From NCBI RefSeq assembly GCF_018977255.1, contig NW_024704743.1, positions 57,414,001 to 57,478,000 of the forward strand: a stretch of DNA of 64,000 nucleotides. Reading direction: 5' to 3'. Both the position numbers and the translations under genes were made by a program. The notes beneath the pieces are model-generated. The model was not told the origin of the DNA, ran no database searches, and was given only the letters and a program-made list of their open reading frames with translations. Shown here piece after piece: positions 13,123 through 25,450 of this stretch (position 1 is its first letter; the number at the start of each line of letters is the position of its first letter). This stretch comes from Callorhinchus milii. Its lineage: Eukaryota.

Positions 13123-14869
13123 AAAATATTTTATCTCATATACAAAATGAGATTTCTGTAGCCACACATGTGCAAGAGCTTCTTTTACTTTTTTGTGTTA
13201 TTTGGAGAATGAGAACCAAGAGCATCTGTATGAATAGACTCATGCTCGTAAATCCTGGTAATGCCTGCTCATGAATCTGAGAAGTGAAACATTAATCTGT
13301 AATCTGAGTAGACACACTAGTGTGAAGCAATGGGAGGTAAAGAGGTATAGAGAACCACAGCATTGAAACAATCCTTTATAAGTAATACAAGCCACTAAAG
13401 GGCTAATTCTCTAACTGTCAGTAAATTTACTAACCTTAGCGGGTGAACACATCTGATTCTCTATTCGTCTGTGCATTTGCAACCCTGGCAGTGGGATATT
13501 ATAATGGGAAAATCCCATTAAATGTCTCTGGGGATTCAAGAATAATATCAATACAGGAACAGCAGCAGACAGCATATAAGATATTTCAAAGTAGCCAAGG
13601 TCCTGCAAGCAAAAGCACCAGTGTGCTTTCATGCCTTAATTTCTACCAGATGTCCTGAGTGCATTTCACATCTTGTCAAGCAGTGACACTCTGCGAGCGC
13701 ACATTGTGAGGCAACTTTCTGTTTATTTTTTTGTTAAGCAGACTCCCGTTCAGCGAACAATTTAACTAGGATTCCTGAGTCTACAATTTAATTAAAATGA
13801 TTGATAAGGGACTATTCAACACTCACTGAAGGGTCTGCACACATAAAAACATCAGAAAGTTAAAAAAAAGATGAAAAACATTCATTGATACAGGCTCCAA
13901 AGACACATGCTCTCTCACCTTTATGGTTCCACAGCACTGCAATGAGTAGATTGGAATCTATTCCTAGTTTCTTTCATCTTTCAAACAAAACCGAGCACTC
14001 CATTTGACAAGTGTCAAGACAAGTTAGAACAGACAGTGTTTTGTAACAAGGTCCTGGTAATTATAGAGCCTCCCAACAGGGAGCCACTCCAGTTGTCACC
14101 AAATGTGAAGTATTCTGTTTCTCAACAAATGGTTCAGGTTTTTCTGGCATTGTTCAGTTAGTGCATAGTGGTGCTGGTCCTTGTAATTAGAAGGCTTTGG
14201 TTGGTGACATATATGGGTCACTTGGCTTCATAAAGCTGGCTGAGAAGGTTAGTGATCCTTTTCACACAAGACTTTTCTGAGCTCCTTGTAGATTTAGTGA
14301 ACGTTAAAATGTGAGATCTAGAAATCATAACAAAGTGTTGAGATACATTCCTTTATATACACAAGGAATTGATTGAAAGATTAACATGAATTCTGAATTT
14401 CTCAAAGCCTCAATTTGAAGAATTTAATTCCAAATACCTACTGCTGATTTACAAACACTTAGGCACCACAAATGCTATTTAAATCTTCTCCTGTTTCAGC
14501 ACAAATATGACAAGGTGCCACTGTGCCCTTATTAGCGTACACAGAGGGTCCAGAGTCATTAAAGTGCTACAAATGAAAGCAGGAGAGAGTTGTACAATGT
14601 CTGATCTGTGCCTCAGTTATAGCTTCTTGCAGATATCATAGAGAAGAGCTTGTAAGTGTGGAATATTGCCAACATGAAGCTATTGATCCATAGTAAATAT
14701 CCATAGAAAAACATTTAGAAGAGTAATCATCTAAAATCTTATACAATGCTTCCTTTCTTCTCATGGATTTTGTGACAATTTCTTTAAGATAAATTAGGCC
14801 TACAAATCTCAATAACTTCCCAACAAACAGATGGCTGTATATGGCAAAATATTATTCAAAAAGCTAAAT

Positions 14870-15300
14870 ACATTACAAATTTACAAATAAAGCACCTTTC
14901 ATGTTGGATGGATGACACAAGGCACTCTACAGTCCAGGGTTTGCACCGAGCTGGGATGGAAGCCGGGGCTGGTGGTGGTGGGGGGAAGATGGCCGACAAC
15001 ACTGTCAAATAGGAATGTCTTGAGGCGGATCTTAATGGATGGAAGGGGCGAGTTGAAGAATGTAGATGCAGAGTGTTGGCAAATATGCTGAAAGTCTGAT
15101 CACCAATGGTGGGGCAAGTGGAGCAGGGGAAGTGAATCAGGCCAGTGCTCACTGAGCAGAGGGAATGACTGGGTTGGAAGGGTTTCAGGAGGTCACAGAG
15201 GTTGGGTGGGGCAAGACGATATAGGTATTTAAAGGGTAGGATGAGGAGCTTGAACTCGATCTGCTGGGGGATGGGGAGCCAGTGGAGCTGGGTGAGGATC
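14870..15300 (-). mobile_element. Old L2 3' fragment
   Basis: Reverse complement of the LHWLP / FKLL / LRS / CPTIG region plus tail remnant. Confidence 0.75.
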
Positions 15301-16339
15301 TATTCTATCAGGGATCTCTAAAATTGCATCAAGAAAACCGTGTATGAATTAAACCTAAATTGATAATATGTCAGTCAGTCAGTGAGTCATAAATTAACTA
15401 TTAAACAAAAACACATAAAATCAGCCCATTTTAAAGACTGGACTAATGACAGTAATGTACTCCTCCCATTAAAGGTGATATGTTGATTAATTAATTGTGA
15501 CAAGTGTAGAAAGATCACAATAAATTTCTATGTTCCCTTCCAGTTAACTAGAGTGAAATGCTCCCTCTTGGGTAATATTAATGAATGCTGAACCATTTAT
15601 CACTCATGCAGAATGAAATAGAGATTAAGCCCATCAAAGTCTTTTTTAATTGGAAGGTGTAAGGTCAATGTGTGATTTTCTGCCTCCCTGAGGTGTCTTA
15701 TTGTGGCTTCTGTTTGTAGTTTGTAACCATGTTTCTTATGTTGTATTTGAATTGCAATATAAATGTGTTATATAATGTGTTGCATGTTGTTTGAATGGCA
15801 TTGTTGAGAGAAATGTTTACAGTAGTATAGGTGCTGTATCATATAGGGCTGGGATTCTGAACGAGTTGGCAGTGAGCATAGCCTATGCAGGCATTTCACT
15901 TGGTACAGATGGTAGCATTTGAGGCAGTATATGTGCTGATTGCGAAACACTTACCTGGAGTTGTCAGAGAAGCATTACTTGTATAGATTGAGCCTTAAGC
16001 AAGATACGATGCCTCAATGTGCCATTTATTTGGTCCCAACCTGGAGGGTATATTGTCAATCGTCTTGAGAATTTACATCATATTAAATAACTAGCCAACA
16101 GGGTAATACAAAGCACTATTACGAGATAATATTAAATATAATACTAATTCTTGTATTTGATATTAGCACTTTTTATGTCGGGAGCATGTCTCCAAGCATT
16201 CTCAAAGTCACTACATTACAGTAAAAGTGAAGTGAAGTGCTTTGAGATGTTCTACCAAATATCAAATGTAAGGATTCTTTTAAAAAAGTAACAGAACTCT
16301 AACAGAAAAGTGCTTATGTCCATTCATCAGGAGACAGGC

Positions 16340-16740
16340 CTGATAGTATAATGGATGGAGCTGCATCTTACAGACCAGGAGCTCTCTGGCTTGAATTCCG
16401 ATCTTTGCTGAGTTTGCTGGTTCCAGCCAGCGCTGCATTGGGAGTTAAATTGGCCAAAATAGAGAGGAGGTCTTCTTTGGTCCCTCTACAATACCCTCTC
16501 TTCTTTGGTCCCTCTACAATACCCTCCACTGGGTTTATGGCAGTCAGGAGGGTACAGGTCAGGCTTGGCGTTGATGCTTTCTACAGACTAGTGCCGGCTG
16601 ACAATCGTAAGGTTTAAACATGAAAAATGGCCACTTTGGTAATCCACTGGAGGACAACTAATGCCTTATGAACCATACCCCAGCAAGAGAAAGCCAGCAG
16701 CAGAAAGGCCGGTGGGGAGATAATTAGAAAACAAATTAGA
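16340..16740 (+). mobile_element. Ancient SINE-like repeat of a second family (related copies at ~6350-6600, 20230-20630 minus, 60760-61040)
   Basis: Shared segments ..GGCTTGGC.(T/G)TGATGC.., AAATGGCCA.., AACC..ACCCCAGCAA.AG. The family cannot be named with certainty. Confidence 0.5.
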
Positions 16741-17337
16741 CTCTCTAAGTTTTTTTTGAAATAGTCAATTTGTATGTTTTAGCAGAACCCCTTTTTCCAA
16801 AGTTGCATAAGAACCATACAAATTTACAGCAGAGAAGGCCATTTGGCCCACTGTGTCTGTGCTTGTTCTTTTAAAAGCCATCATTTCAACAGCTTACGTT
16901 TCTATAGGACCTTTAACACAGGGTACCATCTCAGAACACAGTCCCATTTACTTTCACTTTACTGATGCATCTTACTTTTTTTTTAGATATTCATGTAGTT
17001 CCCTCTAGTAGCAGAAACCCACGCTATCTGCACCCTTACACTTCATACACCATCTGCAAAGTGTTTGCTAGGAACATTGCAATTTTGTTTTGGTGACGAG
17101 TGGGAAAATCGATTATCTGTGAAACTCTTATAAATACCAACTTTATTTATTGAGCCAGCCAAGGAACTAATGGTTCCTCTTTCCATAACAGGGACATAAC
17201 AGATGCCATATGGAACAAACTTCCTCAAAAAGAAAACTAATTACTTAAACCCATAAATATTCTCATGGTGCACCATATGTTAGCACACCAGACTGACTGG
17301 TGAAAGGAATACATTCTGATCATTGTTGCTTGTAGTA

Positions 17338-17474
17338 ACTTTGGCAATGCATGTCTATAATTGGGAAAATTCAATTAGAGGCCAAGATTATCAATGCTGT
17401 TACACGAGACAGCAGTTTCCAATATTTAGGCTTCTAATGGAATTTCCCCAATTATAGTCATGCATTGTCAAAGT
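17338..17474. mobile_element. Hairpin MITE-like element with 46-bp imperfect inverted arms
   Basis: 17338-17383 ACTTTGGCAATGCATGTCTATAATTGGGAAAATTCAATTAGAGGCC matches the reverse complement of 17429-17474 with about 5 mismatches. Confidence 0.75.
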
Positions 17475-17809
17475 CCCAGTGCTGATGTATTCAATGCAGA
17501 TCAACTGAAATTAAAAGATAAAGATGGTTTAAGGTTATGGATGTGATAGTGCTTACAACATCCTACAGAGTGACTTAATACAAATGGAGGAAACATAAAT
17601 GTGAAAAAGTAAATCAGCCTATTAAGCCTATACCATAGACAGCCACACAAAAGCTTGTAAAGGATAGAGATATAAAAATTTACAGCATAGAAGAAGGCCA
17701 TTTGTCCCATCGAGTCTGCCCTTTGCTCTCAGTCACACTGTCATGCCATATCTCTTTAACACATCAAGCCTTTATCTTATATCTTTTATCTTTTATCACT
17801 GCCTTTGAT

Positions 17810-18210
17810 CACAGCCTTGCTCCCTCCTACATCTCCGACCTACTATCCCCCTACCTACCTGCCCGTACCCTCCGTTCCTCTGGCTCCGGTCTGCTTCACA
17901 TCCCCCGCCCCAACCGCCCTACCATCGGTGGCCGGGCCTTCAGCCTCTCAGTCCCTAGGCTCTGGAACTCTATCCCCCAGTGCCTTCGCCGCCTCCTCCC
18001 TTTCCTCCTTCAAGGCCGGTCTCGAGACCTTTCTCTTTGACCGTGCCTTCAGCTCCCCTCTCGACTCTCTACCCCCTCCTCGCTCCCTCCCTCCCTTCCC
18101 TCCCCTCACCCTGACTATTTCCCCCCTGCTCAGGTCCCGACCCAACTGTACAGCACCTTGGGACATCCTCCCGACGTGAAAGGCGCTCTATAAATGGAAT
18201 CTTGTTGTTG
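17810..18210 (+). mobile_element. Young 5'-truncated L2 insertion with TTTGAT target-site duplication
   Basis: LAPSYISDLLSPYLPARTLRSSGS..PTIGGRAFS; (TTG)n tail; TTTGAT at 17804-17809 and 18211-18216; absent from the paralogous copy at ~945. Confidence 0.88.
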
Positions 18211-18216
18211 TTTGAT

Positions 18217-19262
18217 ACCATTGAGCTCAATCCACCTCCTCTCACCTCAACCTTCATGGTTCTGTCCTTGAATGGTTCTGATCCTACCTCTCACACCATC
18301 TCCACTTCATCTCCACAAAATATTTCTCCTCTAGCCCCAGAACCATCTCATGCAGGATTCCGTCCTTCAATTTCTACATGCTCCCTCTTGGTGACATCTT
18401 CCATAGACATGGGGTCAACTTCCAAATGTATGCGGATGACACCCAACTCTACCTCTCTGCCTCCACCCTTGACTCCAGGACCACTGCTGTCCTGACAGAA
18501 TGTCTGTCAGACATCAAGTCCTGGATGAGAGCTAACTTTCTTCAATTGAACATCAACAAGACTGAGGCTCTCCTGATTGGCTCCCGTCAGCGCCTCTACA
18601 ACTCAGGTGCTGACAGCATCACCATCCATGGTTGCACACTGTACCTTGCTAAGCCAGTCCGGAACCTTGGGGTCTTGTTTGACCCTCAACTATCCTTTCT
18701 ACCCCACATCCGCGCCATGACGCGCTCTGCCTTCCCCCGCCTCCGCAACCCTGCCCAGCTCCACCACTGTCTCACACCGCAGGCCGCCGAAACTCTCTTA
18801 CACCCATTTGTGACATCCAGGATTGACTATGCAAACTCCCTGCTTGTCAGCCTACCCGACTCCTCCCTCCATAGGCTACAGATCATCCAGTACTCTGCAG
18901 CCCGCATCCTATCCAGCACCATGCTCTGCGACCCTATCACCCCCATCCTCGCCCGACTCCACTGGCTTCCCATCACAGAGAGGTTACAGTTCAAGATCCT
19001 GGTCCTCACATTCAAAGCCTCCATGGCCTTGCTCCCCCCTTCCTCTGCGACATCCTAACCTTCCCTTGCCCGTTCCCTTACCTCCTTCAAGACCAGCCTC
19101 AAGACACTCCTCTTCGACCATACTTTCGGTCACCCTCCTTCCCACCCCACTACCCTCCACGATCCCGACCCCCAGCTCGGGTCTGAAACACTGATTGTCC
19201 AGCCCTTTAGGACGTCCTCCCGATGTGAAAGGTGCTATACAAATGTAATTTGGTTGTTGTTG
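18217..19262 (+). mobile_element. L2 LINE fragment with RT YADD motif
   Basis: 226-aa ORF 18378-19058 with MYADDTQLY ... LHWLPITERLQFKIL; (TTG)n tail. Confidence 0.92.
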
Positions 19263-22200
19263 TTTATATAACTGTCTGGTTCCCTCTTGAAACCTATAAT
19301 GAACTCTGCCTCTACCAAGTCCCCAGATTGCCAAACTGTACTGTTTTACAACAGTGAATTTGCATTATTAAAGTTCATTTATTAATGTTAATTGTGAGTT
19401 GTACTCTAATACTCCAGGAGCAGGGTGCAGTTCCTAATAAACGTGCAAGCCAATGCCCTTAAGAGTCGAAACTCTGGAACTGTCTGCCTCAATCCCTCCA
19501 GCTTGCCCCCTGCTTGCCCATCTTTAGATCACATCTGAAGATCTTCCTCTTTGACATTTCTATGGTCATCTCCCCTCTCTCTCCAGCTCATCATCAAGCT
19601 CCGTCATTTTGGAATGTCCCCAAGTTCTACCCCTCGTGAATACCTCTATATAAATGCAAGTAGATGTTGTTTAAATGATGGCTTTTAAGAGAGCCATCAC
19701 AGACACGATGGGCTGAATGGCCTTCTTCTGTGCTGTAAATTTCTATGGTTCTATGTAACTAGTGGAAGAGGTTCTGCTAAAAGTAGACAAATTCTTCTGC
19801 ACATGTTAACCAAAAAACCTAATACAAGAAACAAACTACATAATACAAAATCCTCAATGTTCTTGCCTTTCACTCCAGACATCAATGTTCTCTTTGTTGT
19901 CTGAGATTTTTTCATATCCTGTTGAGGCCAAGGTAGTGGAAGAACTCTTAGAAGGAAAGAAATACAAGAACACTATTTGTGCCTTACATTACCTGCAGTG
20001 GCGGTCACATCAAACGTTAAGTGCTACTTGTAAATAAATCAATCCAATAAGTCATCCAAATAATCTTAGTTATTGTATTTTAAAAATCTATCCAGGTAAT
20101 CCTTTTCTCTTCATACAGCTCTTGACTTTGATTAAAAAAACAGAAAGGTAGCAAAACTTTGTGGTTTATTTTTGGTCATGCTAAAAACTTTTGTATATAT
20201 TCTTACAAAAACATTGTATTTCCTTGTTTTTAAACATAAATTTACTTTTCTAACTTACTCCCCATTGACATATGGATCTGCTCCTGGTCTGGACTCCTGT
20301 TGCTGGGGTGCAGTTTTGCAAGCACTGGTTGCCTTGCCATACTAACAATTGTTCATTTGTGTGCCTTGGTATCAAGGGCTGACCTGGCCATTTGATTGTA
20401 GAAGGTATCACAGCTAATCCTGACCTTTCCACAACCAGCTGCCAAACACTTCCAGTCGAAGGTGCTGCAGAGGAACTGGAAGCTGGTTTCCCCCTCCCTA
20501 ACTCTGGGAAGACCGGGAGCAATGTAACCTTCCCAATGAGACCAGCAAATTCAGCATGGGATAGGATTCAAACCAATGGGGTTCTAGACTCTAAGCTGCA
20601 TCTTTATCCATTATACCATTGGGGCTGTTCAAACATTTAAACTTCTTTAGTGATAACAATAATAATCCTTAAATTTGGTATAAAGCTATTCACATTAGGG
20701 GGGTGTCTCAAAGTCCTTCACAGCATATGCTACAAAGTGTAATGACTGTATTTGTAAGCAAAATGTAGCAGCTAATTTGCACGCAGCACTCTTCCCCAAA
20801 CAATGATAAAGTGATCGACCATTTATTTTTATTTGAGGGATTGTTGGCTTGGCCAGTGGAGGAACTCCCTTCTCTAAATTTCTTCCTTCTTCAGTAACCT
20901 TTGTTATATTACTGTGGATGTGGGAGAATGATCCCTCAACCAATAGGGAAAAACAACATGAAGAAAGATGGTCAGAGATGTGACATAGATCTGGAAAGCC
21001 ACATCAAAATATAAGCTTTAAACTGCATTGGACTAAATACTTCCTAATCCAATCGATAGTTCTAGTCAAGCTCTCAAGGTACTGGATAATAGGTTATAAT
21101 TTCCTCTGTAAATGGTTACATGTATTACCAGAATGCTAAATAACGAGAATGTTGTCTCATTGGAATAAAGATGTCTCGTTGATGTAGACAATGGACACAG
21201 AGAAAGAGGAAATAAAATACTGTTAGTATTTATATGGTCAAACCAAAATAATAAACCAAATATGGTTAAAAACCACACAATGAATATCCACACTTTCATA
21301 AACTCTGCAATTTTGCATTGAGAATCATCAGACGGGCAATCTATGAATTCTTATCTCAAATGTTAATTGACAACACAAGCTTAAAGGGATTTTGTTTTAT
21401 CTCCTAGCACGAGTGAAGTAAATTGTGTCGGGGTGGGGGGAAGGGGTGCGGTTGATTGAAATTTTGAATTTGTGGTTAAAAATCACCTTCTCAAGCGTAA
21501 CCTCCTGACATGAAAAGTGCTATACAAATGTAATTTATTGTTGTTGTAGCAAGAAAATTGGTTCTGAGTGCATCATTTTAAAGAGGTGGTTGACATTCTT
21601 TGATCTAATATAATGTTAAATGTGTTTACTTGCTGATCAGCAACATTCCAGTCAGTCCTTCCACAGTATTAGTACAAGATTTCCCCCATACCTACAGGAG
21701 TTGAATTCGAAAAACATAGTCTGTTCTTGGAATACGGATTAATATCTACTACAAATAGTGTTTGGCGTACATGTTAACTATAAGCAATTTCCTTCTAATT
21801 TGTGTTGATAACATGTAGGGGATAATCAATAGAAGTTGATGGCTTCCTTGACTGATTATTTTCCCCAGTGTTGTGTGGGAATGATTACTAAAGAACTGTA
21901 ACCATCTCAATAAGCAGCACAATAAAGGAGAGGTTCCCCAAGGGTCATTAAATATGCAGAGTTTAACAGATGTGGAAATCTTATTCTAAGCTGCCTGTAT
22001 AATCACAGACCTTGTTGGTGTCAATATTTTTGTGCTGTTTTTAAATTCACTTGCAAACCACCAGCAATATATTGCAGCAAATGTTATTTTCCTCCCGCCT
22101 CCACTCCGTTATACTGAACTATCGTGACTTGGTTTTGTATTGTTTTTCCCCCCTGAAAAACATAGAAAATACATACAACATGGTCAATAGACTATTGGGG

Positions 22201-23019
22201 AGAAATTCCATCTGGGTCTACATTGACTCTATTTATATAGTATTTCAGAATGTTTAGAATTTAGCAAGTTCGTAAAAACAGCATTAACTGTTTTTCTGTA
22301 AGTTCTTTTAAAAAAAACCTCAGAATGCCAATTTCAAAGTTAAAACCAAAGTCAATAATTTGCTCAATTCGGGGTGGAATTTCTCCCCATATTCTTGTTA
22401 AAATACATGTAAGCATTGTAGGAGCAATATAACGATCTGAAAATAATTACTTAAATCAGTGACATTTTTAATTAATCTGCCTAAATCTGCAAACCTAATT
22501 TTGTATTGTATCTTTCACGAAAGAATATAGTTTATCATAATTACAAACAAATGTACCTCACCTCTGCTTCCCATTACATACAATGATGAAGGACTTTCAG
22601 AACTACATTAAACCCATAATTACCCCTGGGTTAAGTACAGGATGTATTACACTAAAGAATGTTTTGGTCTCGGAGGTCCTAAACTGTGTTCTTTCATGAC
22701 TTCTGAAGCCAGAGCCTGACAGTGCTAATGCAGAGAAGTGGGACAACTTCAGAGAACATGAAAGCTCCTCCTAACTGGATTGACACAGAATATAGATTCA
22801 CACTCCGTTTCAAATATTGGGGAAAATCAATGTGGAAAATCAATAAATCATCAGGAATCAGCTGCAGTCACCAAGGGTGGTCTGGCCTTGTATTGCACAA
22901 GGTCCAGGAGAACAGAGGCAGCCAACAGTGCATGTGTCAATCACTAGGAAAATGACCAATATAATTAACTTGAAACTTAGTTGCTTGTGAGATATTGTTG
23001 GCCTTACGGCATAACCCTC

Positions 23020-23435
23020 ATGTCAGCCCGGCTCAGTTGGTAGCATTCTCACCTCTCAGTCAGAAAGCTGTAGATTCAAGTCCTGAGATTGGGACTTGGG
23101 GTTGAATATCTAGGCTGACATTCTAGTGCAGTGTTGGTGAAATTGTCATCTTTTGAATAAAATATTAAACCAAAGTCTCATCTGCTTGTATAGGAGATGT
23201 TAAATTTCCATGGCATAAATGGCATTATTCAAAAAAGAGGTAAATTCTTCTGGTTTCTTGGCCTAAAGTTAAATTGATCATTGACCTCCTGGCTATTTGT
23301 AGACATTGCTGTGTGCAAATTGGCTACCATGTTCACCTACAAATACACAGTTACTACACTTTACTGAAAACTTTGTGAAGAATTTTGAGACATTTCAAGG
23401 TAATAAGGAGCTATATCAAATGCAAGAATTATTAC
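23020..23435 (+). mobile_element. Deu-domain SINE with the alternative tRNA-derived head
   Basis: GCTCAGTTGGTAGCATTCTCACCTCTCAGTCAGAA head, TTGCTGTGTGCAAATTGGCTACC core, ATATCAAATGCAAG tail. Confidence 0.78.
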
Positions 23436-25159
23436 ACGTATGCAACCATTGTGTTATCCCCTAACCACCTATGAGAAGAAAGATTCTTTGGGGATCAGTT
23501 GGGTGTCTGACACATGCGGAAACCCATCATCCAGAGTGCCAAACCAAGCCTGGAATTCCATGAATCCCGGCTACACACGGAAACTCTAGAACTAGATTGT
23601 TGAAATGGAATGCACATTCTCTCCCTGGAGGGACGCATCCGGCTTACCTAACTCCGGAAAGTATTCGGTGCAGTTTAGCAAGAGCTTTGTGTGCATTGGA
23701 GTCCAACCTACTAAAACCGCATAGCTTGCCCATTGAGACCACTCTCTGGCAAGCTGTCCACTGCTTGTCCAGCTAAGACCACCCTACTTGTTAGGGCTCT
23801 GTCTTGCAGGGTTAACAGGAGCTGAGTGGGATGATTCCCAGCCCCCAGTGACTGGTCTCCCCTTCCAAGTCCTGCCGGTGATGCTGTGTCCAAGATGGGG
23901 ATAGGGCAGGAAATTAGAGCTAGGTCAGAAGATCAGCCATGATCTTATTGAATGGCGGGGCAGGCTCGAGGGGCCAAATGGCCTACTCCTGCTCCTAATT
24001 CATATTTTTATGTTCTTGTGCTACCCTGCATGGTTGCAAGTTGGTATCTGTTTGTGCTGGTCTAAAATGGCGGTCAGGTTTGTCTACACAATCAGTTACT
24101 AGACTTGGCACTAGTTATGTGTGAAACACTTTGATGAGGATTGATAAAAATGCAAGTTCTTTCTAGTCTAGGATATAATTTGTCATCACAAAGTTACAGG
24201 TCTAGAAATAATACAACACCACCACCTGGTGGACATATAACAGCACATCTTTTGGTAGAATGAAATCGTGATAGTTTGGTTTGAAATGCCTCACTTACAA
24301 CTTGCATTTGCTTGCTCTTCATATTGGATATGTCAGAATAATATAATTGTAAGATAATATCTTCACAACAATGAAGTCAGACCCAAATAAGGGAGAAGGG
24401 AAGGGAGACAATAACCATAGGAATGGCCAAAGAGGAAAGTTTTTAGCTGGGATTTAGAGACAGGTAGAGAGAAGGGAACTAGATAACAACAACAAAATTA
24501 CATTTCTATAGCACCTTTCATGTCGGGAGGATGTCCCAAAGTGCTGGACAATCAATGTTTCGGACAACAACAACTTACATTCATATAGCGCCCTTCACAC
24601 GAGTTAGGGTCCCGGAGTACGAGAGGGTGAGTATGGAGTTGTGGAAGGCTGATGGTGGGGTGGAGGAGCCAGGGAATGCACAGCAAGCTTGAATTCAGCT
24701 GAGTATCTAACACAAGCAGAAACTTATCACCCTGAGGTGAATAGATATTTGTTAGGTCAGGGTATTAAGGGATACAGGGCAAGGGCGGTAATTGGATTTG
24801 AGGCACAGATTAGCCATATCTTATAGAATGGCAGAACAGGCTCGAGAGACTGAATGGCCCTGTCTCTACATTTCTGATTAAGAGTGTCTAAACCACACAG
24901 AGATCTATATATGTAACCAATTGTATGATACCCATCACCACGCTTAAAAGTACATTTAGTCACAGGAACTTGTCAACCTTAGGCCAACTAACGTGTGAAA
25001 TATGCCGTCAGCTTGATTTTAGAATCTGACTTAAAAGTGGAAAGTGGTTGCATATTTAAACTGTTATGATTATGAGATTGACAATGTACTTTGATGAACC
25101 TGACCTGATTACTTTAGCTTTCATCAAACTGTCAGTGACATTGAACACATTGTATTTCA

Positions 25160-25450
25160 ATAATAATCCTTGCATTTGATATAGCACCATATTATGTCTT
25201 TGAGACGTCTCAAAGTGCTTCACAGAATATGCTGTAAAGTGAATTCACTGTATATTTTGTGGGCAAAACACAGCAGCCAATTGCGCACAGCAGTGACCCA
25301 CAAACATGGATTGAGTGACCATTTTTTTAAAGGGATTATTACCCCTGAAAAAGCAATTTGCCAATCGACTAACAACCAGGTTCCTACTTACTACGAGGTA
25401 AACAGAGGCATGTGGAGTAAGGAAACTTGCCCAACATTTCACCCTGCCCG
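25160..25450 (-). mobile_element. tRNA/Deu SINE
   Basis: Same family as 10340-10678; a further fragment lies at ~25860-26030. Confidence 0.8.

Noticed and set aside
18378..19058. Functional or domesticated reverse transcriptase
   Set aside because: Only the C-terminal part of RT; 5'-truncated, with an upstream deletion/frameshift and a 3' deletion.
19888..20040. Plus-strand exon candidate (strong acceptor, ~52 open codons)
   Set aside because: No recognisable peptide and no partner exons in phase.
21645..21890. Degenerate inverted repeat or MITE
   Set aside because: The arms match only in short patches; too weak to support.
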